Source: Mobula hypostoma (lineage: Eukaryota). Taken from it: a stretch of DNA of 64,000 bases. The position numbers and the translations under genes were made by a program. Below, in pieces: positions 37,084 through 50,540 of the stretch (its first letter is position 1; each line of letters begins with the position of its first letter). The DNA lies in assembly GCF_963921235.1 (NCBI RefSeq), contig NC_086107.1, forward strand, positions 111,788,001 through 111,852,000, read 5' to 3'. The notes below the pieces were generated by a model that saw only the letters and a list, made by a program, of their open reading frames with translations, was not told where the DNA came from and made no database searches.

Positions 37084-40000
37084 GTCTAGAGGATGTTCAC
37101 AAGGATGATTCCAGGAATGAAAAGATTATCATACCAAGAATGTCAGAAGGCTCTTGGTCTGTACTCGCTGGAATTTAGAAGGATGAAGGGGGATCTCATT
37201 GAAACCTTCTGAATGTTGAAAGGCCTAGACAAAGTAGATGTGGAAAGGATGTTTCCCATGGTGGGAGAATCTAGGACAAGAGGGCATAACCTCAGGATAG
37301 TGGGGCGTCTATTCAAAACAGAGATGCAGAGAAATTTCTTTAGAGGGTGGTGAATTTGTGGAATTTGTTGCCACGTGCAGTTGTGGAGGCCAGGTCATTG
37401 GGTGTATTTAAGACAGAGATGGATACGGTCTTGATTGGATATGGCTATGGGGAGAAGGCCAGGAAATGGGGTTGAGGAGGAGAAAAAAAGGGATCAGCCA
37501 TGATGGAATGTCAGAGCAAACTCGATGGGCCAAATAGCCTAATTCTGCTCCTATGTCTTATAGTCTAACCAATGGTCTCACATTAAGGGCTCTTTATCTT
37601 GTTGTTTCATGCTTGTAATTTATATTTTCCCTTGCACAGTTTACTGTTCATTGATATTGTTTAACAGTGACTGTTCTATAGATTTGCTGAGTATTCCCGC
37701 AGGAAAAAGAATCTCAGAGTTGTATGTGGTGACATGTATGTACTCTGATAATAAATTTTACTTTGAACTTAGAGATACTCTCTATCCACTCCATCTATGC
37801 CTCTCATAACCTTGTAAACCGCCATCAGATCTGGCCTGAGAAAACAAGTTTATCCAGCCTCTCGTGACAGCACCAATCAAGTACCTTCCCTGCACAAACA
37901 CCGCACTTCTAAACTAACGTCAGGATTAAGTTCCACCTACTACCCTTTCTCACAAAATTCCACATCCTGGTGACCGCTGCATCACTTGACTTCAAATGAC
38001 TGATAACTGATAGTTATCAGTCATTTCCCAACCGCACGGGGGAGGATCTTCCTAGGTCAGTGAGATCTGTGGAATGCTGACTTGCATTCCACAGCCCTTA
38101 CACTTCTCTTTGCTTTCAAAGGTCAAAGTACTTTATTATCAAATCAACTTAGAGACACAGCAGGGACAACCCCTTTTGGATCTTCGATCCCACACCGCCC
38201 AGCAATCCCCAACAAGCCCCGATTTAACCCTTTCCTGATCACGGGACAATTTGCAATCACTAATTAACTTACTAACTGGTATATCTTTGGATTGGGGAAG
38301 GAGACTAGAGCATTAGGGGAAGACCCACCCATTCCACGGGGCAGGTTTTCTCCTTACAGCGGATGGCAGGATTAAACTCTAAACACCGACGCCCTGAGCT
38401 GTAATAGCACCACGTTAAACGCTACGTCCCTCTAAGAGAATCACAACCTTGTCGTTGGGCTTGGAGGTTTGCGTGCCTCAGTGACCTGGAGAGCTACGTT
38501 GGCTGGAGTCAGGGCTTTAAACTTTGGTTCTAGGTAGGGTCACCCACGCCAAGCAGGTGAAAGGGTAGAGGCCCAACTAAGAGTGGTTCACTGGTCCTCC
38601 TGGTTCAGGCGGTTCAGCTCAGGGCTAACGACCTTGACTGGCCAAACAAAGCTGTTACGGAAGCAGCAACGAAGAATCCTTCTACATCTGTGTACAATTG
38701 TATCTGGCTAATGCCTGACTGAGATGGAAGACCTTCATTGCTGCCCTAAACGTCAGCGGTGTAACAGGCATTACCTAACTAACCGCTACGCTACCGTGGT
38801 TCCCAACGTCGAAATATTTCACTATATGTCCTGTATGTGTCACTATATACTACCCTGAGATTCATTTTCTTGTGGGCACTCACAGTAGATACAAAGAAAC
38901 ACAGTAGAATTGTTTTATTTATTTATTTATTGAGATACGGTGCAGAATAGGCCCTCTGGGCCCTTAGAACCGCGGCGCCCAGCAACCCACAATTTAACCC
39001 TAGCCTAATCACAGAACATTTTACAATGACCAATTAACCACCAAGCGGTAGGTTTGTGGACTGTGGGAGGAAACCGGAGCATCCTGGAGAAATCCATGTT
39101 GTGTGTTCAGAGATGCTCTTCTGCACACCACTGTTGTGAAGAGTGGTTATTTGAGTTACTGTCACCTTCCTGGCAACTTGAACCAGTCTGGCCATTCTCC
39201 TCTGACTCTTTTTTCTGAAGATTTCAGTGGACACAGGGTCTTGTCTATATATATATATAGTGAGGTTGTATTTTACTGCTATTTTATATATGTTTGCTAT
39301 CTTTCCCATGCAAGGACCAAGGACTAGGCCTCAAGCCGTGGTGTCACCTGGTTACAGCCACCAGGAAAGAGGCATCGGAGCCGGTGTGCTCCACCGGGGA
39401 CAGTATGGTGCGACATTCAGGCTGGAGTCAGTGCTGCCCCTCCTAATGTTCACTGGGCAGAAGACGAGCCCTATTGAGGTTGTCTGCAGATTTCTGCGGC
39501 ATCAGGTGACTCCCTCTTTTAGAACCTGACTGTATCTTTCCATCTTATACATGCTATCTGTGTTTTGTACTATGTGCGAATGGCTGAATTAACTGGAATT
39601 GAATTGAATACATTAATAAGGCATTTTCACCCACAGAACTTCTGCTCAATGGATGCTTACAGTATTCTATGTACGTCTCAAGAGTTGATGTCTTTTGGGA
39701 ATAGGATGTTCCATAAATCTAGATGGGGGTGAGATGAAGGAGTTAATACTTGCAGAGACTAGGCTGTTTAGTGTCTGCATTTGGAAAGAGATGAATGAAT
39801 GGGTTAATCTGAGAGGGGTAACAATCAGCACTTACGGCAGAACACGAGTAAGTGATTTAATCTACTGGAAACTGGCAGCTGTCTGTAGCTGGGAAAAGCT
39901 GACAGAAGGGTTTGTCTGTTGCAAAACTCTGTGTAGGGGAAGATCTGAGTGAAGGCGTTGAATTGCCAGAAAACTTACAGTTCAGCATCTGTATATGGGA

Positions 40001-40144
40001 AGACATTTAAGGGTTAAATGTGGTGTAGAGTGGCGCAGTCTTCACATGAGGGAAAACATGAGTGAAATAGTTACATTGCTGGAAAACGGACCACGCATTG
40101 CCTGATTAAGGACATGGATGCGTGGGTCTGTTGTAAATTGAATA

Positions 40145-40964
40145 CAGTGGATACTGGTTAGTTGGGACACATCAGCGTTGGTACGTTATGGCCCAATTAA
40201 AAGGCTGCCCCAACTAGATGAAGTTTCATGGAAGTAGTTAAAAAGACAAACTACCATTTAACTGAGTAACCAATTATGTATTTAAATGAAATACAGAACA
40301 AATTAGAATATTTTCAACTGTATAAAACTGTGTATTAGTTCCTGATAGTTATCGATGGAAGAATTGATCGAGTGTATGCTGTTGCATGCTTTTGATTGAT
40401 TGCAAATGAACAAAATCAATGCGGACAACTAGTGTAGATAATTGACTGCCTTCATACAATGTCTGCAACAATTGCATCCTCCATATCTTCATTTTCATTG
40501 TAACATTCAAGATGATTGTCAATACCGCCAAAGTCCTCATAGTTTCTAACTTGTTGAAGTAGTGAAATAGTTTCATTTTTGGTCCCAGACACTTCTGGCA
40601 TTTTCAAGCCTGAATGCTTGAAACCGCATTGAGCAAAACAGTTCTGAGTTGTCTTACTGCTTATTTCTTGCCTAGTATCATTAACAAAGATCATTGTTTT
40701 TGAACACAAGCACATATAACTGATGCTATTTAAAAAGTGTTCGCTCTAAGCACGGTTTAGTGTCTAACAGCCACACAAGTGAGCACGACTGACGTTAGTT
40801 AGAAACTGTTCGACAACAATTTCCTGTCCCAATTAAGCAGAATAGTGTCCCGAATAAATTAAGGGAATCCCAGCTATTTTCTCGATTTGTTTGTGTTCTT
40901 CAAGAGTTGTCCCAAATAAGCGGCTGCCCCGATTAACCAATGGCCAATGAACTGGAATCCACCG
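40145..40964 (-). mobile_element. pogo/Tigger-like deleted DNA transposon
   Basis: TA-cagtggatactggttagttgg ... ccaatgaactggaatccaccg TIRs; remnant QEISSKTTQNCFAQCGFK resembles the pogo transposase C-terminus. Confidence 0.75.
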
Positions 40965-42152
40965 CACTCACAACCTGGATGAGGAAGGAACCTGGATTAG
41001 CCCAGTCTCAGGGTTAACCAGCCGAGGGAACAGGCTGTTGATTGAGCATGGGAATAATGAGTGAATGTCTTAAACTTTACCAACCAGTGGTGTAGTGGTA
41101 CCCACACCGGACTTCAAGGCGACGGGTCCTGGGTTCGAATCCGGCCGGCTCCATATGCGCTTTCCAAAGGAGTGGCAAGATGGCCGCCCGATGCGCGACA
41201 AGGCGCAGAGAGGAATAACATAACAACATTTAAACTGTAGGGAATAGACTATTCAGAATCTGTCCAGCTGAGTCACAGGGAAAGAGTTAATGAAAATTAA
41301 ACAAATGGTGTAGACGATGAAAATCAAAAGTAAAAGCACACGATGCCAGGACGGGCCCGATCTGTATGAAGAGAAACAGGACGAATGATTTGATTCGATG
41401 GCTCTTCCTCAGAACCAGGAGAGAGAATAAAGGAACTGATCAAACCGCAGGGAGAGCGGTCTCCAGGGTGACCAGAGTACAATAGTTAATTTATTGTGAA
41501 GGCAGTCATGGCTTGTTTCTGGGCAAAGTGTAGGAGGCTGAGTTGATAATGTAGGCTGCCCAGAGCCACCCTCCCAGCGGGAAGAGTTGTTTTTTTTATT
41601 TCATTCCCCTGATTGAAAGCAAGAGAGTATGCGCAGAGGAGACAATGCACTCTGGAAGTATACACCTGCACAGATTGAAACTAAATCCCCTGCGGCAGGC
41701 AATAGAATACCTGAAACTTCTTCAGATAAAGGGTTGCTTTTCCCTTGCCCGGAGCTGACATGGAAACAAAGCCCTGCCGGCAATCCACAGCTAGAAATGC
41801 ACTGTGGGATTCAGCAGACAGTACCTGGGTCAATACCCCTGCCACCTCTTGCGCAGCACGGTGGGGAGAAACACACACCTGGGACTGAACTGTGTTTCTG
41901 TACAGAGAGCGGCTGCTAATGGGCTGGTGATATACACACGTAGCAAAATCAAGCAGGTTCATAAACTGACTGCTACTTTCACTTCCTCATTGGGTTGGGC
42001 TGAATACACAGAGCAAAAGTCAAGATCACGCCATTGCAGCTCAGTCATTAATGGAGATTGTTTCACAATGACAAACAGCCTAACACCAACACAGGCAAGG
42101 AAATGATGGCATCTGCTGGCGGACGTAAATGAAAGGGAAGATTCTGAATAGG

Positions 42153-42233
42153 ATGAGGTGGTCTTGGATGGAAAGAGGAATGAGACCCTTTAACTGCTGG
42201 CTGCTACTGCTGCTATCACTGCTCTCAACTTGG
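42153..42233 (+). CDS. Candidate first coding exon encoding a signal peptide (gene unidentified)
   Basis: Non-repetitive-looking sequence; (MRWSWMERG)MRPFNCWLLLLLSLLSTW followed by a consensus donor G|GTGAGT at 42234. Confidence 0.4.
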
Positions 42234-44784
42234 GTGAGTCAAACATTCTCTGCCACACTATTTAATAGACTATTTAGTTTCACTTGGGTATGACGGCACT
42301 TAGTTCCAGTCTTGGGAGTTAATTATTTTAGGGAAAGAAAAATTCCACGTTTTTCATGTAAAGTAAGTGGGGAGATATAAAAAAAGATCATATGTGCAGT
42401 GTAACAGAAAGACAAGTTACATGAAAGGTCCGTTAAAGAACTGTGAGGGTAACAGAGAAAATTATTTAATTAATTAATTTAAAGGTACAGTACGGAATAG
42501 GCCCTTCCGACCCTTCAACTCAAGTTGTCCCAGCAACGCCTGACAACCCCGATTCACCACTAACTCAGTCACGGGACAGTTTACAATGACCAATCAACTG
42601 GTACGTCTTTGTAATGTGGGAGGAAACCAGAGCACCCGGGGGGAAGCCACGCGTCCCATGGGGAGGACGTACAGAGAATGCCGGAATGAACTCTGAACTC
42701 CAACACCCTGAGCTGTAATAGTGTCGCGCAAAACGCTACGCTACCGTGTAGCCCCTCCTCACTCCAGGCAGAAGATCCAGATCCCCACTACCCTGTAAGT
42801 GAAGGGAATCATTGGGGAGGACGTACAGAGACCCCTTGCCGGAATTGAACTCCGAACTTTGAAGCCCTGAGCCGTAATAGTGTCGTACTGGGAAGGTGTT
42901 ACAGTGGTTGAGTTATTACAAGGAGTCGGGGTTAGGGTGAAGGCTGGTTTGCAAAATGATTAGAGCTGTCTAAGAGACCCCTTCAGGAGGAGGTAATGGT
43001 GGCCTACAGTATGACGACAAGAGGGTGAGGACAAGAAACTTCTTCCCAGGCCAGAAATGGTGAATAAAAGGGGTCATAATTTTCAGACGGTTGGAGGAAA
43101 GAATAATCTTTTTTATATATATTACATTGTACTGCTGATTCAAAGCAACACCTTTCATGGCACCCATCAGTGATATTAAACCTGATTCTGATTCTAATTC
43201 CAAATTTGATTCTGATTTAGATTCTATAAGAATTCTGATTCATGAAGGGAGGTGTGAGAGTTAAGCTCTTTACACAGTGAGTGGTGGGCACGTGCAACTC
43301 CCTGTCAGGGGTAGTGGTAGAGGCAGATACATTAGGGGCGTTTAAAAAACTCTTAGATAGGTACATGGATGATTGGAAAATGGAGGGCTATGTAGGTTTG
43401 TTTAGTCTTAGAGTAGGTGAGAAGTTTGACACAACATTGTGGGCTGGAGAGCCTGTACTGTGCTGTAATGTTGTATACTCAATGTGCTACAGGAAGGGAA
43501 ACGTTAAAACTGGGGTGGGCATGATGGCACAGTGAGGACCTGTTATAGTGGGGGGCTCTTATTCTAAGAGGAGCAATGGAAGTTGCAGTAAGGCGAGAGT
43601 AAAAGACAACATCCAGGCAAGGATGACTGTGGCAGTGAGTAGTCAAACCCAGACAAGGGAGAGCTTTGAACTGAGACTGCTAGAGACAACTTGCCCATTG
43701 CGGGCAGACAGTTGGGGGGTGATTGCGGCAGTGTGCACTGACAGCAGATGAGTGAGATCTCTCCATTGAAACTTTTCTGGAAAGGTCTTTCAAAAACATT
43801 GCTTCTCTTCACACAATAGAAAGTGCTGGAGACAGATAAGACAGGATTAATGGAAGGATGTGAAACACACCCAACAACTAAGGGACAATTGCTTTACTAA
43901 CTTCAAAGTTTTAGCTTGTAGTTTCAATTGACTTTTAACACCTTTTGTGACTTGTGTATGATCTTGCAAAGGAATTGAAAGGTATATAATTTGGCAAGTG
44001 GCCAATTCTGTCTGAAAATAACACATAAAAATGCTGGAGGAGCTCAGCAGGTCAGGCGGGTTCCATGGAAATGAATAACCAGTCGATCTTTCGGGATGAG
44101 ACCCTTCATCAGGACAGGAAAGGAAGGGGGAAAGATATCAGCACAGAAAGGGTGGGTGAAGGGGAGGAAGGACAAGCTGGAGGTGATAGGTGAAGCCAGG
44201 AGGATGGGAAAGGTGAATGAGTGGAGAAGAAGAAATCTGATAGGAGAGGAGAGAGGACCAGAGGGAAAAGGGAAAGAGGAAGGGTCTCAAGGGGTAGGGA
44301 TAAGCAGGGCAGAAGCTGTAAAAGGCCAGAGTGGGGAATAGAAGAAGATGGGAGGGGGAGGGAAAAAAACTTCTTTTACCAGAAAGAGAAATCAATATTC
44401 AGGTTTGTGGCTAATTAGACAGAATATAAAAATAGCGAGTTTTCTATCCTGGATCCAGAACAGTGTGAGTGACAGGGGCCATGCTGTGTTCCTTGTGAAC
44501 AAGTAAAATAAAAGTATGTTTGACTCATAAGAGTGCGTGTGTTCTGGGCCCGGTTCTTCTAGTTATTTTATTACTGGTGACGACAGAGTGATGCAATCAG
44601 GGAATGACAAGGTAAAAGGAATGTAACATCAAGAGAATGCTGCAGAGAGAAATAATGCAAAGTTGAGGGTGATATGATGAGGTAACAGCTTCTTACAGGA
44701 AGAGGAATGTTACAGGAAGGCCAAACTTTTCATGAGTTCAGGAGAATGAAGGTTATTCCACTTCATTGCAATACTTCTCAGTTC

Positions 44785-45190
44785 CTAGGGAAGACTGGAT
44801 TGAGGAAGTGTTTGAACATAAGAAAGCCAAATACCAGGAGATGGTAGAGCAGTACCAGAGACAGGGGTAGAGGGCACGATGCGTGCCTACAGAGCTGGGG
44901 TGTAGAGGTTTTCCTGGCTGCTCGCTCTGTAGAACCTACTCTCTCCTTGGATGGTCAACCAAACTGTGGGGGTTGCAAAGAAAAGAGTCACCAGGATGGT
45001 CACAGAGGCAGCTGAGTGAGCCTCCACATGGACGTGGACCGACGCTGATGGGACACAAGCCGGGGACTGATCAACCCGTCTGGGTCGCCTGGGTGAGGGT
45101 GTCTGATGTTGAAAGCACTGAAACACTCGGTGACCCCAGGTTACATCACTGATGATGTGCCCCAGCGCAACCTAGAACGTATCTCAGCAT
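44785..45190 (+). mobile_element. HERO-like element extreme 3' fragment (copy C)
   Basis: IEEVFEHKKAKYQEMVEQ..RARCVPTELGCRGFPG; 3' UTR alignable to copy A. Confidence 0.8.
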
Positions 45191-45244
45191 CTTTACTGAA
45201 CCACTCCCTTACTGCTTAGCATAATTGTCCTTCTCTATAGAAAT

Positions 45245-45525
45245 CACCTCACGGTAATCTTGTCAGTAACACTCTGTCTGTCTCGGTAAAACTCATCTCA
45301 CTGTGATACTCTGTGTAACTCTCTGTCCCTCTCTGTAAATCTCACCTCACTGTGATACTTTCTGTAACACCCTGTACCCTCTGTAAAACTCACCTCACTG
45401 TGATACTCTGTGTAACTCTCTGTCCCTCTCTGTAAATCTCACCTCACTGTGATACTTTCTGTAACACCCTGTCCCCTCTGTAAAACTCTCCTCGCTGTGA
45501 TACTCTCTGTGACGCTCTGTCCCTT
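45245..45525 (+). repeat. Minisatellite, ~48-49-bp unit, about 6 copies
   Basis: ctcactgtgatact recurs at ~48-49-bp spacing with alternating variants. Confidence 0.9.
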
Positions 45526-45769
45526 ACTCTGACATACACTTAGAGAACCGCCCCCCCCCCCCCCCATCACTCTATCACTCTGTGCTGGTGATTTAACCCC
45601 GGCTGCACTTCCCTTGCACAATATTCTTTAACTTTAAGTAAAACTTTGTTATCTTCTGTTTCCATGCATGTCGACAGAGTTTGACTTGAGCCTCTTTCAT
45701 CTCTTTCACCATTCAGTTTTTCACAAACCAATAATCACCCCTGCCCTCTTCCTGATTTAGACCGTAAGA

Positions 45770-46530
45770 CCACAAACATGAAAAAGTCTGCAAATGTTGG
45801 AAATCCAAAGCAACACACACAAAATGCTGGAGAAACTCAGCAGGTCTGTCAGCATCTATGGGAAGGAGTAAACAGTCGATATTTTGGACTGAGACCCTTC
45901 TTTTGGATTTGAAAGGAGTCAGACCAAGAAGGTGGGGGGGGGGGAGGGGAGGAAGAAGTGCAAGGTGATAGGTGAAAGGTGAAACCTGGAGAGGGGGAGG
46001 GGTAAAGCAAAGAGCTGGGAAGTTGCTTGGTGAAAGAGATAAGGGGCTGGAGAAGAAGCAATCTAATATGAGAGGGCAGAAGACCATTGGAGAAAGGTGG
46101 GGGGAAGAGCGCCAGAGGGAGGTGATGGCCAGGTAAGGAGATAGGGAAACAAGAGTGGGGAATGGTGAAGAAGAGGAGGTGGGCAATTACCGGAAATTCG
46201 AAGAATCCGTGTTCATGCAATCAGGTTGAAGGCTACCCAGACGGAATTTAGACTGTTCCTCCTCCAAACTGAGCTTGGCCTCATCATGGCAGTAGAGGAG
46301 GCCGTGGACTGACGTGTCGAAATGGGAATGGGAAGTAGAATTGAAATGGGTGGCTGCCGGAAATCCCATTTTTTGTGGTGGATGGAGCAAAGGTGCTTGA
46401 CGAAGCAGTCTCCCAATCTACTGCGCGTCATGTCTGACAGGAGGCCACACCGGGAGCACTGGTTACAGTAGATATGACACCGACAGACTGGCAGGTGAAG
46501 TGCTGCCTCACCTGGAAGCACTATTTTGGG
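45770..46530 (-). mobile_element. Older Penelope-like element 3' fragment (GIY-YIG end)
   Basis: ATHFNSTSHSH..HGLLYCHDEAKLSLEEEQSKFRLGSLQPDCMNTDSSNFR parallels the 57552-59321 protein. Similar remnants at 44020-44430, 47000-47400, 48110-48345, 54220-54500. Confidence 0.85.
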
Positions 46531-49500
46531 GACCATAGGATCATGAGACATCGGAGCACAATTAGGCCACCGGCCCGTCAAGTCTGCTCTACCATTCCAT
46601 CATGGCTGATTCAATGCCTCTTCCATCCTCATTCTCCTGCCTTCTTCCCGTAACCTTTGACACGCTGATCACAGTTTCATCCACCCTCATCCTGCTTCGC
46701 ATTTAATCATGAGCACAATCAAAATGTTAAAACAAAATGCTTGAACCTCTCGGCGTTCTAAAATATTTGTTGAATGGGCCTCACTCAAGTGACGTCTCCA
46801 ATGTTTCCTATTTCTCAGTAAGGTTGAGAGCTGGAAAGCAGAAGCAGTCCAATTGGTACGTGCCATAGTGTCAAAATTCTACGTAGAAGCTTGTTTTTCA
46901 GAATTTTCTTTCATCGTACAGGTTGTTTGAAAATTTCAGCACTAGTTTCCCTGGTTACTCACAAGAAATTACAATGAATTTTGACTTAAGGATTTCTTGG
47001 GCAACTCATGCAAAATGCCAGAGGAACTCAGCGGGGCAGGTGGCATCGATGGAAATGAATAAACAGTCGACATCTCGGGTCAAGACCCTTCATCAGAACG
47101 GGAAAGCAAGTGAGAAGAAGCCGGAATAAAAAAGTTGGGGGGGGAGCGGAAGGAGGCTGGCCGGAAGGTGACAGGTGAAGCCAGGTGGGTGGGAAAGGTA
47201 AAGGGCTGGAGAGGAAAGAATCTGATAGGAGAGGAGAGTGCACCATGGTGAAAGGGAAGGAGGAGGGGACCCAAGGTGAAGTGATAGGTAGGTGAGCAGA
47301 GGTGAAAGGTCAGAGTGGGGAACAGAGAAAGGGAGGGGAGGGGGAGGTTTTTTAAACTGGAGGGAGAAATCAATATTCATGTTACTGGAGACTACCCAGG
47401 AGTAAGCATTTTTAACTTAACATGTCTATCTACGTTTCCTTCTTGGTGTGACACTTTCCTCATTGTAATGATTTTACACTTTTACTCCCCCTGCTGTAAC
47501 CTTCCCCTGCATGGGACAGTGCCTTGCTGTAACACCCTCCACACTGGGACAGCATTCACATTATAACCTTCCCCTTGACGGAAATTCCCCTCACCATAAC
47601 ATCTGTACAATGAAACACATTCCTTGCAGAGGTGTTATCTCTGTGGTATCATTTCCATTGCTGGGACACCCTCCTCACTGTAGTACCCTCCATGCAGTGA
47701 CACGCTCCTCCTTGTAACACCCCTCTTGCTGACATGGTGATCCAGCAAGTAAGGTGATATATTACATAGGAACAGAAGAAATAGGATTCAAAGTTAATTT
47801 ATTATCAAACTATGTAGGTGTCACCACGTACAGCCCTGAGATTCATTTTCTTGTGGGCATTCACAGTAAATTCGAATCAATGAAAACCTACACATAAGCA
47901 AAGATGGGCCAGCAACCAAAGAAGACAGTGTCCAAATGCAAAAATGTAATAATAGCAATAAGTAATATTCGGAACACGAGTTGTAGAGTCCTTGACACTT
48001 CAGAGTTCAGAGTTGAGGTGAGTGAAGTTATCCACGCTGGTTCAGGAGCCTGAAGGTTATACGGTAATAACTGTTCCTGAACCTGGTGGTGAAGGAGCTG
48101 AGGCTCCTGTCACAAACAAGAGAAAATCTGCACGTACTGGAAATCCGAAGCAGCACACACAAAATGCTGGAGGAACTCAGCAGGTCAGGCAGCATCTACG
48201 GATAGGAATAAACAGTCGATGTTCCGGGCCGAGTCCCTTCCTTTCCAGTTCTGATGAAGGGTCTCGGCCCAAAACTTTGACTGTTTACTCTTCTCCATAG
48301 ATGTCGCGTGGCCTGCTGAGTTCCTCCAGCATTTTGTGTGTTGCTAAGTCTCCTGTACCTCCTTTCTGATGACAGCAGTGAGCAGAGAGCTTGACCTGGA
48401 TGGTGTGGATCCCTGTTGAAGATGCTGCTTTCTTGTGGCAAGAAATCACATTCCACTTTAAACATACCCAGTGACTTGGCCTCAACAACCACCTGGCAAT
48501 GAATACCACAGATTCACCACTCACTGACTAAATAAGTTCCACCTCATCTCTGTTCTAAGTGGACATCCTTCTGTTCTGAGGCTGTGCCCTCTGGTCCGAG
48601 ACTCTCCCACTATTGGAAATATCCTCTCTTTCTAGGTCTTTCAATATTTGGGTAGACTTCAATGAGGTCCTCCCTCTGCCCATTCTTCAAAGGCCCAGCA
48701 AGCATAGGCCCAGAGCCAAAAAAAAACTGCTCCTCGTATGTTAACCCTTTCATTCCTGGGATTGTTTTCTTATATTTCTGGAGGGAATCAGTCAAGCCTG
48801 TTTAATCTCATAGGGCAAGTACCTAGCCTTTGTTGAACTCTCTTGATTGCAACTATATCCTTCCTTACATAAAAGACCAGACTTATACCTAATATTGCCT
48901 TACAGGACAGCACAGGAGCAGACACCTTGGGGTTTTCTGATTTACTTTTGAGCTGGTTCAGCACAACATTGTGGGCTGAAGGGCCTGTTCTGGTGCTGTA
49001 CTGTTCTCTGTTCTATTACAAACAATGGCAGTCCCTGCACTGATCCCTGCGGAACACCAGTGCTCATGGGCCTCCAGCCATTCCAGCACTACCCTCTGTC
49101 TTCCATGGACAAGCCAGATTTGAATATAAACTACTACGTGATTGTAAATCCTATGCATTTGCATTGCCTGGTTCAACCTACCAGGAAGTATCTTCTCAAA
49201 TGCGGAAGTTCATATAGGCGGCAGTGCCCTACCCTCATCTTGCTTTTGAATGCTTATTTTGCATTCTCTTTCTTACCTCAATGCTTATATTTTGTATTTT
49301 AAAGTATATATTTCTGACTGAGCGACATTGCAACAATAATTTCCTTCAGGATAAATAAAGTTTTATCTTATCTTATCAAGCAGTTTTTTCACCAACTCAA
49401 ATATCTCAATCAAGTTTGCGTGACATAAGAAACCCAACACAAAGCAATGTTGACTAATCAGTCCATGTTTCCCCAAATGCAGGTAAATCCTATCACTAAC

Positions 49501-49804
49501 AATACCCTCCATGACTTCCCTACCACTAACGTGAGGCTCTCTGGTTTATAGTTTCCTGTCTTATCCCTATTTCCCTTCCTGAACAAAAGAACAACATTGG
49601 CTACTCTTCAGTCCTCAGGGACGTCCCCTGACCAATGGGATGGTGCAGGGTCACATCAAAGTTTTATATAATTTCAGTATGATCCCTTTACTCTTACACA
49701 CCGGTCTAAGATGGCGTTGGTGATGCCCAACGACTACTTACCTGCAGCAAAACACAGAACAAAGAAAACTACTAAACACTTTATTAATAACACTTCATTA
49801 ACCA

Positions 49805-50110
49805 CTTGGTGCTTGTGGCCAAGTGGTTAAGGCGTTGGTCTAGTGAGCTGAAGATCGCTAGTTTGAGCCTCAGCTGAGGCAGCGTGTTGTGTCCTTGAGC
49901 AAGGCACTTAACCACACACTGCTCTGCGACGACACAATGACACAAGCTGTATTGTCACCTAGTGCCCTTCCCTTAGATAACATCGGTGTCGTGGAGAGGG
50001 GAGACTTGCAGCATGGGCAACTGCTGGTCTTCCATACAACCTTGCCCAGGCCTGCGCCCTGGAAACCTTCCAAGGTGCAAATCCATGGTCTCACGAGACT
50101 AACTGCCGAT
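49805..50110 (+). mobile_element. tRNA-derived CORE-like SINE
   Basis: A-box tggccaagtgg, degenerate B-box, then gtgtccttgagcaaggcacttaacc. Confidence 0.65.
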
Positions 50111-50178
50111 AATAATGATCACCGTTAGCAATGGAGGGGTGTGCAGAGGCAAGTCTAGCCACGGGGAGGTGAGGGCGG

Positions 50179-50540
50179 TGTCACAGTGGGGGCGCTGGGA
50201 GACCCAAATGCAAGACACAAAAACACTATATGAGGTAAACTAAATTGAGTTTATTGCTCGTTACAAGGAGAAGCAGGAATAGTGTAATGGACGGGACAGG
50301 GACTCAGGCCTTGGACTAGGCTGGGACTAAGGGTCTGGGCTAGGACTTGGAATCACGGACCTCCAGGGCCAGGACCTGACACTTGGAGCCTCCGGAGCCA
50401 GGAGTTGATACTGGAAGCCTCCAATCACCAAGCCCGAGGGACACGGGAAAACAGGGAACCAAAGGGAAACAGGGAGTCAACGGTCTGGATCGTAACACAA
50501 ACAAAGTAAATTTAAAGGGAACCCGGTCCGGACCATGACA
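50179..50540 (-). mobile_element. Solo LTR
   Basis: tgtca...tgaca termini; flanks ggcgg/ggcag (5 bp, one mismatch); aataaa on the minus strand near 50250. Confidence 0.7.

Larger units (their letters stand above)
33900..37565 (+). mobile_element. Older CR1 ORF2 fragment containing a nested young CR1 and a hAT MITE
   Basis: NEYFASVFT, KSPRPDDLHPRVLKE, YLDFQKAFDKVPH, SGVPQGSVLGP, KFADDTK in broken frames. Confidence 0.9.

Noticed and set aside
45245..45525. CRISPR-like array
   Set aside because: Units are tandem with no unique spacers, the context is eukaryotic, and no cas genes are present.
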